Source: the human T2T-CHM13v2.0 reference genome, Homo sapiens. From it: DNA of 64,000 nt. Numbering within the stretch: the first letter of the stretch is position 1; every line of letters begins with the position of its first letter. The DNA lies in assembly GCF_009914755.1 (NCBI RefSeq), contig NC_060934.1; one strand, written 5' to 3'. A program made the translations under genes and the position numbers. Below, piece after piece: positions 31,866 to 50,755 of this stretch. The notes beneath the pieces were generated by a model. That model saw only the letters and a list, made by a program, of their open reading frames with translations, was not told where the DNA came from and made no database searches.

Positions 31866-32422
31866 CTCCACTGCAATAGTAATGGTCTGTTTGGAAGCTA
31901 CTGTTTTTGGAGTTATTTTCTTTGATTGTTAAATTTGACCTTCCAAGTGATGACTACACATCTTTGGAGAATCTCCTCAGTTCAGGAACTTCTTTTTAAC
32001 TAACATTACTTGGAGGAGAGCTTAATGCTCGTGACTTTAAACATTTATGTAATTAGGTAAAAAGGGAAGCAACATTATTAAATGACTTGGATAGAGTTCA
32101 TCAAGCAGTTAAGAAAAAAATGTACATAATCAAGCGTACCTTGCAGTCTGAATGACAAACATCCAAATATTTGCTGTAACAACTCGCACATATTTTTACC
32201 AAAAATTTCCTCTCCGAATCAGAAACTTACTATGATGAGTCCATGTACTTACGTGTACCATCAAAAAGGGCCAGAGGATCGCTAGAGTATGCTGTGGTCC
32301 TATCTGCTCTTTCTATAAAGTGGTATCTTGTGCTCATCTTGCTTAAATATGTTGTGTCTTACAATTATCACGATACTATCAACTGAAAACAGAAAGGTCT
32401 GTGAGAAAAGATGTGAGCCTAG

Positions 32423-33128
<706 letters not shown>

Positions 33129-33427
33129 TAGCAAAGCTCTTATATTCAAAGAAATATTGGGGAATGTGAAGGCACAGAAGGCCTCAGTTTGACATTATCT
33201 GTCCATATCTATAATGCATACTATCTTTGCTTCTGACGAGCTTTTACAATGTTCCCTCAGAATAGAATAATAGGGTTTTTTTTAATCCTTAAAAGAATCT
33301 TACGTAGTAAATTGGTAGTCAGAAATATTAGAGGGTTGTTACATGGGTATGTAAGAGTATATAAGTAAAACTTGGGGTTTTGAATGGGCTGTAAAACACT
33401 TTTCTCTTTAAAACTGTTTTAAGTGGA

Positions 33428-33545
33428 AATGTATTATTGAAGCTGTGTGATGGATGAGTAGGGGTTCACTACACTGCACTCTCTACATTAGCGAATTTTT
33501 GAGAATGTCCATATTAAAAAGTTTAAATAAAAGTTATTTTTTAAA
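33428..33545 (+). mobile_element. Old L1M (L1ME-like) 3' end fragment
   Basis: gaagctgtgtgatggatgagtaggggttcacta...catattaaaaagttt. Confidence 0.65.
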
Positions 33546-33668
33546 AAGGAGAATAAATGAGTGAAATATATGGCCTCCTGTGAGGCAAAATTCGATACCT
33601 ATATAAGGGACACATTAAATGAGGTATGCATGCCTATGTTAGACAATATTAAGTCGAGTATGGTTTTA

Positions 33669-33869
<201 letters not shown>

Positions 33870-34657
33870 TTATTATTGAAACCCTTATCCAAGAGTAGCT
33901 GGAAGAGTATCTTTCCTAGTTTTGGCCTAGATTATTTGAGACATTTTTTATTTATGCTTCTCTGGCATATGACATGTCTATTACTTCCATGAGTCAGTGC
34001 CTTTCTCCCAGTTAGCATTTCCCAGGCTCTCAGGCTGCAGTGTCTCCAAGCTCAGTCTTTGATTTCAGAGCCTATTAGCCATGGCACAAATCCGGTGAAC
34101 ACAGAAACTTACAAAGAGGCCACTTGTCTCCGATGCACTGATGCACCATGCGTGGCTAGTGCCTTCTGCCCAATGTCTTCTCTGAAAACATTCCCTGCTG
34201 TTGTAGGAAGGATCCTACAGGCTGACACCAAGGAAGCCATGCTGTCTCCTGGGTGGTCTTCAGAGGACACTGCCTCCTGAGGGGCTGACATGGCCAAAGC
34301 CCATCCAAGTCCTCTCAGCCTCCATATCTAGGATGAGAAGTTGTCCTGGGCCTGTGAGTCTCGCTCACATTTCTGCATAAGTGTCAGGCCTGGCATAGAT
34401 GATTCCCTTTTGCTTTGGTGCTGCTTTGAGCTTGCCCCGTTATCATTTAGTAAAGTGCATCTTCAAGAGTGTTTCTCTTTCTCCTGTGTGCCAGATATTT
34501 CGGAGCAGCTCAGTGCATAAGTGGTAAAGAATTTGCTATTTCCAATACTGACATTACTGAGACTTTGACTTGCAACCATAGTTGATCTTGAATGTTCGGG
34601 GGTGGGGAGAAGGCTCTTACAAATAGAGGTGCAATGCACGCCACCCCACCCCCAACA

Positions 34658-34874
34658 TTTTTTTTTTTTTTTGAGATAGAGTTGGTCTGTCGCCCAGGCT
34701 GGAGTGTAGCAGTGTGATCTTGGCTAACTGCAACCTCCACCACCTCCCGGGTTCAAGTGATTCTTGTGCCTCAGCTTCTTGAGTAGCTGAGATTAAAGGC
34801 GTGCACCACAATGCCTGGCTAATTTTTTGTATTTTTACTAGAGACGTGTTTCCACCATGTTGATCAGGCTGGTG
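34658..34874 (-). mobile_element. AluS-type element, 5'-truncated
   Basis: Right arm plus part of left arm. Confidence 0.9.
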
Positions 34875-35199
34875 CAGTGCCCCTTGTTGACGATCATTCC
34901 TCTCAAGTGTTATCTTTTCACTCTTTGCCTGTTAGTGTAGTTGGATAGAGAGATCAAACTATTTCAAGTTAGAAGTTCAAGTTTAAAATGTTCTCCATGA
35001 AGACTCTACATAGTCCCATTTGTGTATTGAATTTAATTGTTAGATTTGTTATATATATTAAAGAACATATGCAGTTTCTTAGCATTAGAAACATTTCATG
35101 GACTGTTGCTACTCGTTATTGTTGCCATGGTGAGGTCAAAACGCTTAATTTCTTAATTCTTTCTTTTCTATTTTGATAGACCACCAAGATTGTAAGACA

Positions 35200-35838
<639 letters not shown>

Positions 35839-36235
35839 GTAAAATATTTTTTATGTGGAATTTTCGTAATGCATTATGTAGTGACACCAGTTTTTTTGTT
35901 AACCTGTTTTCACTTCTCTGTTTTTATTTTTGTGTTAGTAATAACTTGGTCAAAATAGGTTTACATTCATTATTACTATATAACATAACAATTTCACATT
36001 AGCATTAAGGACAATTTTTTATAAGTTGTTTCTATACAAAGAATGATGTATTAAATTTTAGACCTTTTATCTATAAATATGCGAAAGCTTTGTAAGTGGC
36101 TATACTATCTCTGACTATAAGGTCTTGGTCCATATTCTTTACACCATACATCGTATTTATATATATGCCTGCATATATTCATGCCTGCATATTGTGCAGA
36201 ACCACCTGTGAACCAGATCCTAGTCTTCTCTTCCT

Positions 36236-39200
36236 CTGTCAACTGATCATAGGGAACTCCCCATGATACCATTGGTGCAGGCTGGGGAGAGAAGGCAGGG
36301 TGGCAGGATTGGAGACCATGGGCATTTGAGCCACTTCCTCACATAACTTACTTGTGTCTTCAGGACCCGTTCGAGCCCAATCACTTATATACCACTTCCA
36401 TTTGATGATGGAATGCTGCTGTGTACACCCTACTTTCTGGTTGGATGGGTCAGAAAGCACTGAGTTCATGATAAGCAGTTCAGGTCACATGGTGACTTGA
36501 TGACCCATAGTTAAACGTTCAGTTTCTACCAAAGCCCAGTAACTGGCCAAGAGCTGTCTCTCAAAAGGACACTAGTTATCTGCAGAAGATGGCAGGGCCT
36601 TGCTCCAAAATCCCAGAAGCCTCTGCTGTGATTCCCCTATGGGAGCCTGCCAAGGGCTCCAAACAGCATCCCTGTCTGCCACTGACAACTTGGGCACCAT
36701 TGGATCTGCTGGGTCATATGGTCCAAGTGGCAGAGGAGCTTGCATAGTAGCCTGGACCTGTTGCAGAGCCTTCTTCTGTTCTGGACCCCACTCAAAACTG
36801 GCAGCCTTTCAGGTCACTTGATAAATGGGTGGGAGTAACACACGCAAATGAGGAACGTGTTACCTCCAACAGTCTAAATAGGCCCACTAAGCATTGTGCC
36901 TCTTTCTTGGTTGTAGGAGGGGCCAAATGCAGCGACTTGTCCTTCATCTTAAAAGGAATATCTCGACAGGCCCCACACCGCTGGACCCCTGGACATTTTA
37001 CTGAGGTGGAAGGCCCCTGAATTTTAGTCGGATTTATTTCCCATCCCCTGGCATGTAAATATCTCACCAATAAGTCTGGTGTGTTTGTTACTTCTCATTC
37101 ACTGGGTACAATCAGCATAATGTCATCAATGTAATGGACCAGTGTGATAAGTCATGGAAGGAAAAAGCGATCGGGGTCCCTCTGAACAAGATTATGACAC
37201 AAAGCCGGAGAGATGATATACCCTTAAGGTAGGACAGTAAAGGTATATTGCTGGCCTTGCCATCTGAAGACAAATTGCTTCTGGTGTGCCTTATGGATAG
37301 GAATGGAGAAAAAGGCATTCGCCAAGTCAGTGGCTGCATTCTAGGTACCAGGAGATTTATTAATTTTCACAAGCAATGAAACCACATCTGGTACAGCAGC
37401 TGCAATTGGAGTCACCACTTGGTTAAGCTTACAATAATCCACTGTCATTCTCTAAGATCCGTCTGTCTTCTGCACAGGCCAAATAGGAGAGTTGAACAGG
37501 GATGTGGTGGGAATCACCACCCCTGCGTCTTTCACGTCCTTGATGGTGGCACTAATCTCTGCAGTCCCTCCAGGGATGCAATATTGTTTTTGATTTACCA
37601 TTTTTCTAGGTAGAGGCAGCTCTAATGGCTTCTATTTGGCCTTTCCCAGCATAGTAGCCCTCACTCTACCATTCAGGGAGCCACTGTGGGGATTCTGCCA
37701 GGTGCTAAGTATGTCTAAGCCAATTCTGCATTCTGGTACTAGGGAAATTACCACATGGTGAGTCCAGGGACCCACTGGACCCACTGTATTTCAGACCTGA
37801 GCTAAAACTCTATTAAAAGATGTTCTTCCAGCTACTCTTGGATAAGGGTTTCAACAATAATTTTCTTTTTTTTTTTTTTTTTTTTTTGAGACGGAGTCTC
37901 ACTCACTCCGTCGCCCAGGGTACAGTGCAGTGGTGCAGTCTCGGCTCACTGCAACCTCCGCCTCTTTGCTTCTGCTGTCCATTACAGTAACAATGCCCAC
38001 CTTGTCTTTGATGGTTGAGTGTTGCCACTTGCCCTCTGCCACTTTAGGATCCAGTTATTCCCACTGCATTTAAATTTTGTAGTTGAGTGACTGGTGTTCC
38101 CACTGTAAGATCTGGCATACAAAGAAGAGCAATCACAGAGCTCTTCAAGGATGCAGGTGCTCCTCTCACAAATCTATTTCACAAGGTATTGGTGAAGGAC
38201 ATATCTTCTGGGCCCTCCCAGCTGGGATGGGTAGGTCTAAAGTGACTAATCCACTCTAGCATCTTAATCTCCCTAAGCCCTTGGATCCCTTCCTCTACCT
38301 TAAACCAAGGGAAATCAGGCATTTCTAGCTCACACACAGTGGGTCATCTTTTGATTCACATTTCAGCTAACCAAACAAATAAACTCTTAGAACCTTTTCT
38401 AACACCCTGAGTTGCAACATTAAATGCAGAATCCCTGCTTAGTGGGCCCAAATCAGTAAGTTCAGGCTGATCCAACTTTATGTTCCATCCACCATTATCT
38501 CACACCCTTAATATCCATTCCCATGCCTGTTCTCCAGATTTCTGCCTATATAAGTCAGAAAAGTAAAGCAATTCTTCTGGAATGTAGCGCACCCCCTCAT
38601 GGGTCATACTCTGAACCTCATCTCTAGGGGCCTACTGGGACTTTAGTCTAGTTACATATCTAGAAGCAAACGGGTATTGGGAGTGGGTCCTGAGGAGAAT
38701 TGACATTGTCTTGCCTGGCAACTGCCTCAGGAGAGGCCATCACTGTTGCCTCAGGTAGTGCATGGTTAATCTCCTCAGACAAAGGTGGAAAGGCTGATGG
38801 CAGTATGGGTGGAAGAGGGGATGTTGCCATCACTGGGGATGGGGAAGCTGTTTCCTCTGGTTAAAGAAAATAAAAAGGCTCATAAGAGTTTATAAGCTCG
38901 GTGTCCCCAGTTTCATCTGGGTCATCCCACATGTCCCCATTCCAAGTTGCAGGGTCCCATTCTTTTCCAGTCAATGCCCTCACTTTGACAGGAGACATCT
39001 GATGAGACTGAGCATCCACCTTTCATTGCAGATCAGCCACTCACATGATAAAAGCTTGTGTCTGATTTTCCACAATTTCAGCCCTTTGTCTACAGGAGAT
39101 AAGACTCTCCTTCAGGGCAATCTTAGAAGAGGCTCAGTATGTGCTTCTGGAGCTGGACGTTAGAATCCCTGAACTCATCCTTTGCTTTCATTACCTTGTC

Positions 39201-39490
39201 CAGCGAACTAAGTAGCAACCAACCAACTTTATTGTATTCCTTGGTTCTCCACATATGGTCAAAGGTATTATGTACAGAGTCACTAAACCCCTTGCCCCTC
39301 ATGAGTGGTGAATCAGGAGTATCAAATGCATCTATTTTGCATAACTCTTTAAACAGTTTGCACTAAGGACTATCAGCGTTCTCCATACTATTAGAAGTAG
39401 AGTACTTAGCATTTTTGGATGTCGTTAGATTAAGCAGTCAACTCCAGAAACCCCAAAACGCACTAAAGAACTCCATCCTTAAAATTCTGT
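36236..39490 (-). mobile_element. HERV-L internal region (degenerate gag and pro/pol, 3'-truncated)
   Basis: - strand encodes the RT motif LVHYIDDIML (YIDD at 37133-37122), GWEINPTKIQGPSTSV, LHLAPPTTKKEAQCLVGLF and QQHSIIKWKWYI; many frameshifts; no integrase or 3' LTR. Confidence 0.93.
37816..37964 (-). repeat. Inverted copy of about 33776-33914 (Alu 3' part plus unique flank) inside HERV-L
   Basis: tcttccagctactcttggataagggtttcaa is the exact reverse complement of the flank at about 33876-33906; shares the ctcactcactc duplication. Confidence 0.92.
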
Positions 39491-39837
39491 CTGTGACCAA
39501 AGGCCCAAGAGCCCCTGGTAAACCGCTGGTGTAAGTACAAGAGTCCGAAAGCTGAAGAACTTGGAGTCTAATGTTTGAGGGTAGAAAGCCTCCAGCATGG
39601 GAGAAAGATGAAGTCCAGAAGGCTCAGCAAGCCTGCTCTGTCATCTTCTCCTGCCTGCTTTACTCTAGCTGCACTGGCAGCTGATTAGATGGTGCCCACC
39701 CAGAATGAAGGTGGGTCTGCCACTCCCCGTCCACTGACTCAAATGTTAATCTTTGCCAACACCCTCACAGACATACTCAGGAACTATACTTTGCATCCTT
39801 CAGTCCATCAAGTTGACACTCAATATTAACCATCACA
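39491..39837 (-). mobile_element. MLT2A-type 5' LTR of the HERV-L, 3' part deleted
   Basis: - strand begins tgtgatggttaatattgagtgtcaacttgat...gggcaccatctaatcagctgcc. Confidence 0.92.
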
Positions 39838-39865
39838 AGGTTTGAGAGTTAAAATTGGCTAATAT

Positions 39866-40208
<343 letters not shown>

Positions 40209-40630
40209 TCAGTCTATATATCTGATGTGTTGGGAGGGTTATTACCCCCCAGAAAAGGATTTCTTTCATAGATGAAATAAAATGAATTCGTTACAAGACA
40301 TTGTGGAGATGTTGCTAAGCCCTTTAATTTTTGGAAACTCAGTATAATTTTCATCAGTTCTTGTGAAACTTGATTTATGCTCGTATCATCTTCCAGAGTG
40401 TTGGCTATGCCTGTGTACTACCTTTACCACTAATTACTTAATAGTTTTTCTTTAAACCAATCCACTTTTTTTACTTTAGCTCCATCCTAAACAATAATAT
40501 CTATGAAATCACAGGCTTGCAATGTTGATTACTTTCTTTTTTCTAAAACACATTAAAATAAATAACAACTTGTTTAAAAAAGTTTTAAATGCCCATATAT
40601 CACCTAAAATCAGTTTGAACCACCAGTGGG

Positions 40631-40632
<2 letters not shown>

Positions 40633-40679
<47 letters not shown>

Positions 40680-40698
40680 CATATACATATATATAATA
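40633..40698. repeat. (AC)n(AT)n compound microsatellite
   Basis: About 19 uninterrupted AC units, then an AT-rich run. Confidence 0.97.
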
Positions 40699-40742
40699 TC
40701 ACAGTTTTTGAAAGCACTGAAAAAAGCCAAGCAGATTATTGA

Positions 40743-41050
<308 letters not shown>

Positions 41051-41055
41051 TGTGA

Positions 41056-41665
<610 letters not shown>

Positions 41666-42319
41666 GGTTATTGATTTTTTTTAACACTTATTTCACCATC
41701 TACTAAAGAATAAAATTATTCTTGGTTAAGTTGGCACAAAATTTTCAGAGTAGTTTCTGTAGTTGTGTTGTGATTATTGGAAACTAAAAATTGTGCATAT
41801 ATACAGACACACATATATACATATATATAATACATATATGCCTAGATAGTGGATTATATGAACTTTTATTTGGGATATAGCCAGCCGTTTTCAGTTGCTT
41901 AGGCAGTCAGCATCACGTATTTGAGGGCTACTATAAAGACACCATTATTGTATACTTGCGCCTCTATTCTTACTCACAAGCAGTATGAAGAATGATAATA
42001 AATAATTAACAATCTGGAACTTCTGGGTTGTGAAGTATTTTTATTTCATGCATCTGTTAGTAATAATCTGTTGTTTATACTAAGTTTATAGTAAAGTAAA
42101 TACTGGAATATGGTTCATTTAAGTATGGTTTGCCTAATGGGACATCAGAAAAAATTCATATAAAGAAAGATATCAATGGTTTTCACATTCCTTGTAACAA
42201 AATGGTCTGTCTGATTTTCTACTATACATATATCCCTGTTCATGTAATATTTAAACAGATGTGAACAAATGGAGAAGCTTCTGGAGAGGTCATTTAGAGC
42301 CCATGTAACATCTCTCCAC

Positions 42320-42440
42320 ATAGACTCATAGAACTTGTATCTGGAAGGAAGCTTAGAAATCACTTTGTTCCACTCCCTTGTTTTATTAATGAGAAAACTG
42401 AGGTCCTCAGACTAAGTGATTTGCCCAAATATGTGCTTCT
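42320..42440 (-). mobile_element. MIR fragment
   Basis: atgagaaaactgaggtcctcagactaagtgatttgcccaa core. Confidence 0.7.
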
Positions 42441-42647
42441 GGCATATCAGCTGTGTCACATTTATGCAGTTGGTAAAGTTTTAGCTTTTCTTCCTCTTGG
42501 GGAAATAGTGATATGTTCAGAAAGCATTATGTCATCCCGTCTGTGTCTATTTTTTTGTGAGGGAGACAATTTTTTGGAGTACAGTGAAATAGCATCCACT
42601 TTTATTTTAAATTACAGAAATTCCATGGTCAACCAACTCCACTTCTA

Positions 42648-43032
<385 letters not shown>

Positions 43033-43398
43033 TTAACCTATTGAATTAGAGAATTAGCCTATTGAATCAGGAATTATTTGTGTTTCTAATATACGTGAAC
43101 AAGAGAGAAAAACATATTTTTCTAAGCAATGTCAAGACATATATAATATAATTTCCATTTTTATGGCAAGTAAGTATATGTACATTTAAACATTCCAAGT
43201 TCTTGATTTTTAATCTACAATTATGTCTAATAACAATAAATAATAGAACAATAAATACTAATATATAATAATAAACTGATAATAAGTACTATATAGTAAT
43301 GAAATAATAAAAGCTGATAATCAAATGTAATAAAAGAACATTTTCATATTAATGCATAATGAAAACTGTATGAAATAAGTTACCTAAAGACTAAACTG

Positions 43399-43700
43399 GC
43401 CAGGTGCAGTGGCTCATGCCTGTGATCCCAGCACTTTGAGGAGCTGAGGAAGGTGGATCACTTAAGCCCAGGAGTTGAAGACCAGCCTGGGGGACATGGT
43501 GAAACCCTGTCTCTACAAAACATACACAAATTACCTGGGCATGGTGGTATACACCTGTAGTCCCAGCTATTAGGGAGGCTGCAGTGGGAGGATCACTTGA
43601 GCCTGGGAGTCAGAGGTTGCAGTGAGCTATAATCATGCCACTTTACTCCAGTCTGGATGACAGAGAGAGACCCTGTCTCAAAACAAAACAAAAAAAAAAT
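43399..43700 (+). mobile_element. AluJ-type element
   Basis: Dimer with J motifs. Confidence 0.92.
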
Positions 43701-43861
43701 GAATAAGCAGAGCTGTTCTCCTGAAGCATCAGACCAAGGGCCAGAAAAAAGAGAAACTTCTGAGCAGAAAAGTACTGCCCTGGCCCCAATAGTTTCCTTG
43801 GTTTGCTTTCCATATTTGCAACCGTGGCATAAAATGATTATCACGTGTCAGTGACAAATTA

Positions 43862-44150
<289 letters not shown>

Positions 44151-45201
44151 AGAGCAAGCCAAGAGGTAAAGGTTTAACTTCATCTGATACCTAAACAAGA
44201 ACTCAAGAATAAAATAGCAAGTGCCATAGAGACTTTACCTATGAAGTGAAAAATAATTTCAAAGGAAGGACAGCTAATTTTGTGTTTGTAATAGGTTTAT
44301 ACTGGATTGCTCCACAGCTTGTTGGTAAAAGTAACTTTGAGCACTTAGAGAACACATCTTTATACTTAGTGTGTTCCAATTTAAAAAGTGTTATTACTTT
44401 TTTTTTGGAAACCGAGCATCTAAGTAATTCTGAGTTCTCCCAGGCCAACAGAAACTGAGACAGGGAAAATGAACAACCATCATCCCCGGAATGCTGTGAT
44501 TTGCCATAACCAAGAAGGCAAGTGAGTTTTCACAGTGCAAAAGACGTTGCCAGTTGTTCATTCTTCTGTTAATGCTACCAGAGAGTACATATTCTAAATC
44601 TGTTCACCTGTGTTTTGAGACTCAAAGCAGCTCTAAAATACGTACATTCTTTCCAGTCAAGTTCACTTATCCATCCATCCATAAACATTTACAGAATCCT
44701 GCTATGGGCCATCCATTGTACTAAATGCTGTCTGTGATCCTGTTCTCACTTAAACATTGAGCAGAGATGATTCTTTAAGAGTTATGATAATCCTTCTGTA
44801 GTTCTCCTGTGGTGTCCCCAGAGAATGCCAGGAGATTAGAGGCCCCTCAAATGAACACAATATCCTGCCAGTCTCCGCAGTGTGCATCATTTGTCATTGA
44901 CATAGGGTAGTCATTTTGCACTGTTGTTGCAACTATGAAAAGCAAACAAGGAGACTCTTGGAAGCTGGGCAATGCTGTTCTGCATAGGAGTTTCCTTTTT
45001 TTCTGGCTCTTGGTCTCAGGCTTCAGAAGAATAGCTCTGCTTGTTCTTCTCTTAGCAATAAAGAACAAGGTCCCACCTTCCATTCTCTCCACTGAAAGCA
45101 GTAGAGGTACCCGCAGGGGAGAAGAATTTTGCGCATTACCTGTTCTTGCTCTCTTCTTGGATAGGGCTGTGGCTGTGTCCATTGCTAGTGTCTTTGGTGG
45201 C

Positions 45202-45536
45202 TGATATGGTTTGGCTGTGTCCCCATCCAAATCTCATCTTGAATTGTAGCTCTCATAATTCCTACATGTTGTGGGAGGGACCTGGTGGGAGGTAACTGAA
45301 CCATGGGGAAGGTGGGGGGGGGCGTTCCGCCATGCTGTTCTCGTGGTAGTGAATAAGTCTCACAAGATCTGATGATTTTATAAGGGGTTTCCACTTTCAC
45401 TTGGCTCTCTCATTCTCTCTTGCCTGCTGCCATGATTGTGAGGCTTCTCTAGCCACGTGCAACTGTGAGTCCATTAAACCTTTTTTTAAATAAATTACCC
45501 AGTCTCGGTTATGTCTTTATCAGCAGCATGAAAACA
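45202..45536 (+). mobile_element. THE1 (C/D-like) LTR with internal and 3' deletions
   Basis: tgatatggtttggctgtgtcccc...ttacccagtctcgg; lacks the terminal gactaataca. Confidence 0.92.
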
Positions 45537-45620
45537 CCCTTCTTTCTTCCCAGAGTGAATTAGTGAATACAAAGGCTTCAGCGAGTTACATGCGCTTCAT
45601 TTCTGCCTCATAGTCATTAA

Positions 45621-45965
<345 letters not shown>

Positions 45966-45972
45966 CCTTTAG

Positions 45973-46361
<389 letters not shown>

Positions 46362-48177
46362 CTCAAAGTATTTTGTTTATCATAAGTGTATTCATTCCAT
46401 TTACCTACATGCTGTATAAAATTTGTTATAAACCTGATTAAATTGCAAACTCCTTGAAGACAGGCACCATGTCTGCTTTTTCTGTCTCTAAGGTAGAGAG
46501 GGTCTGACCCAATTTATTAGTGTTGTATGAACTGTCAGCAAACAGAAAGAAAAACAAAACAAAAGAAACCCTATTATCTTGTGGAAAGACCTTATATTCA
46601 ATTAAAGATTGTAGGAAGACCTGACTGCAAAATGGGTTGAACTTTTGAGAAGTGAAATGTTTTGCTGCTGCCCAGCACTTTTTTTTTTTTAAGCTCTCAT
46701 ATCACAACTTGGCTCCATCACAATTAATCTTATGTGGTAATGCAGTGACAATGAGATGATTTCTCTGGAGAATCTATGCTAATACTATTAAAATGCTCTT
46801 ACAATGTCAAAGTGATTGCAGTGTATGCATGGGGGGACTGTGCTTATGCGATTATGATATTATAGTGATGGGCGATTACCATAGGAAACTACTAATTCAA
46901 CCCTGCAGGGACTTGCATTATGAAGCCATTAGAACAGGAGATTATAATGACACAATAACTTAGATGCACATTCATGATGTGAAAACCAAAAGCTAATTGG
47001 AATGCAAGTCATATTTCCGTTAAATTGTAATTAAACACTGAAAGCAATGCTTGTTTAAATTTGAGACAGAGACGTGCAATCCAGGAATGAAAGTTGTGGG
47101 GAAGGAGTGCATGGCGAGTGTAAGCTTAGAAGTATCTAGAAACCATTTGCAACTCTGCCCTTTAGTATTTACTGGGTGTGAAAGCTGTCACTGAAGCTGC
47201 TTCTCCAGATTTGCTCCCTCTCTGCTGGTCCTCTAAAGCAACCAAAAACAGTACCAAGACACAAGAAGCGTGAGTCCAATTTCCATTCCTATCACAACCA
47301 CTAACATTGACAGCCTTTTTGTTTCATTTTTGAAGTGAGCATAAAGCACCTTACCTCCCTCAATACAAGAGACTAAAGCACAATTTTTTCCATGAATAAT
47401 AACCTTTTATATATACAACAAAATTAGTCCATATTCAAAATCAGACAGAACAGATAAGTGCAAAGGGAAAAAAGATTTTTAAAAAGCCTTAAAAATTCTA
47501 CCCCCAGAGATGACCTATATTAGCATCTCTGGGTATTTTCTTTCAGACTATTCTCCATGCATAGTATCAATGTATTTTTCTTCAAAAATTTGCATTCTAC
47601 AACACTTTTAAAACCCACTTAGTGATTCTTCTCACCCCTTCCAGTCGCAAGATCTATTTCTTATCCAAGAGATTCCAGTTGATAAGTTTTGTTTGTTTTT
47701 TAAAGGTCAGCTGAAGCTGGACGATTTTACGTGTCACTTGGGCAAGTATATTTTACTATTAGAGAATCATACTTGCAAAGGTTTATACTCTGCATATATC
47801 AGTTACAGGGTGGGTCTATAGTAAATTCTTCAGATTCTACCAGCAGTGCTGTAGCTACTCCACATTTGTCTCTGTTTAAGGAATCAATGGGGCCTTTGAG
47901 AAATCATAGGGCTCTAATTTGTTCTCAAACTGATAATTATTGTACGGTTTAGATAAATATCGATTATTTTTAAAAAACTAGGAACATTTAGGAACTACAG
48001 GACTTGTTAGATACACCCCTGCATCTGCTAGTTCAGATGTTTTGAGGTCACACAGCAGCTCGTATGTATTCCCTCCTAATTATGACTCAAACTAGTTCTT
48101 GCTCCTTGGTCTAAATATAGTTGAGTTTTTGTTAGTAAGTATTTGCTTTGCACTTAGATATGCTGTATATTTCAGAG

Positions 48178-48212
<35 letters not shown>

Positions 48213-48502
48213 CTTATTTGAGACCAAGTTTTGCTCTCCTTACTCAGGCTGGGGTGCAATGCACCATCTTGGCTCACCACAACCTCCGCCTCCCGGGTTC
48301 AACCGAGTCTCCTGCCTCAGCCTCCTGAGTGGCTGGGATTACAGGCATGCGCCACCATGCCTGGGTAATTTTGTATTTTTAGTAGGGATGGGGTTTTTTC
48401 CACGTTGGTCAGGCTGATCTCGAACTCCCGACCTCAGGTGATCTGCCCGCCTCGGCCTCCCACAGTGCTGGGATTACAGGCAGGGGCTGCTGCACCCAGC
48501 CC
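48178..48502 (-). mobile_element. AluSp-like element with (TTTA)n tail
   Basis: Full dimer. Confidence 0.93.
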
Positions 48503-49202
48503 AGGGTTATATTTATTACCCCTTCTTGCAATGACCAAATGAAGAAGACAATTTAAATTACTAGAGTCTTATTTTTCTAATTAGGAAAAGGAAAGCACAC
48601 TGCAGTTAAAGGGCTTGTTTCGTGTCATTCAGTGAACAGTGGAATTGAGATTAGGTCTTCTGGTCCTGGGTTAGCATAGCCTCTTTTTTAGGCTAAGATG
48701 TGATGTTACCTTGGGTTAATACTTCTTTATTAACAGAGACAAGAATAACTAATTTTGATGTTCATAGTAAATACCTACATAGTTAGTAAAACAAACATTG
48801 GACAAGTTGAGAGACTGGGTTCTAGTTTAGGCTATCTGACCTTCAAAAGATTAAGGATTCCATTTTAGCATCTAAAAATGAAGTCATCAAATTAAATGAT
48901 CTCCATAGTTTATTCCAGCTCAAAAATTCTAAAGTCAAATAGTATTTAACATTAATTGAAATGCAAATATTTTTATTTTAAGCATTATACATTTTAATAC
49001 TTAATAATATATTTTACCTACTTTAAAAACCATTAATCTCAATTTAAAACCAGTCCTTACTTGGATGACATTTAATAATTTGACATTTTTTAGCAGTAGA
49101 TTTGTAATTTGACTTAAACTTTCTTTTTTTATTTAAGAAATGTATTAAAATTATTAAAGTTGCAGATATAAGTCTAATCAAAAAGAGATGAAAATTACAG
49201 TC

Positions 49203-49506
<304 letters not shown>

Positions 49507-50441
49507 TAAATTACAGTTAAAACTACAGTGAAAGGAGATTTTTCACTTGCATAATTATATAAGTATATAGATAAATCATTGTGTCAAATAATATTTTAAA
49601 TATGTGATTTTCTGTGAATTCTTAGGAAGCAGGTGATAGCAATGATTGAGGTGCTCAATTAAGCTATGGTACTAGAGGAACCTTTCTAAATATTTTACTG
49701 CAGCTTATTTTTATGGGGAAAATATATAAGCAAATTAAATTTTAGCAAATTAAATATAATTAAATTCCTTTATATTTAATTACATATATAATTATATATA
49801 CATATGAGTTAATTAAAATTTGTTATTTGATAGTGGAGATTTTTTCTATTTTTGTGAGACTTTTTCGCTAGAGAATTTAGAATTCAGTTAGAGTATTTTC
49901 TCAGCCATCTCAAAGACCAGGAAAGAGTGATTATTGCTCTATGACACATGTAGTCATTACAGATTTGCCCTTGACCCCATTGTAGTAAATCAGCTTTCAG
50001 GAGTTGAAATTAGCTGTTTGTTACCTTACTTTTAGTACATCAGATACTAGTCTTTCCCCAAAACACTTCTCTCTGTCAGGTGCCACACTCTCTTAGGACC
50101 AGACAAAATTTGTTACTTTGAGTTCTTTCCTAGACCATTAATAAAGGCGACCTCTAGAGCAATTTTTCTCAAACTTGGAGTTCCACAAACTCTCAACAAA
50201 ATTTTGATTTTGTCTTTTCATTTTTGTAATCATCAAACCATTTTAAGCATATTCTGAATCAATATACCTATTTTATAACCATATATTGCCCTAGGGTTTC
50301 ATTATATGCATTTCCATTACTTTTTAAGACTTGAGTGATACCAAATCATTACCTAAAATAACAACATTTATCTTTTTCATGACTTTTTTTTTCAAACTGG
50401 GGTCTCTGTTTTACTGGAAGCCATGACCGTATTTCCTAGGA

Positions 50442-50755
<314 letters not shown>

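Noticed and set aside
36239-37339. HERV-L pol fragments as a functional or domesticated gene
   Set aside because: RT and downstream motifs are split across frames by stops and frameshifts; integrase is absent
44847-45230. 127-aa - strand ORF largely in unique sequence
   Set aside because: Starts inside a THE1 LTR, no recognisable homology, no convincing splice context
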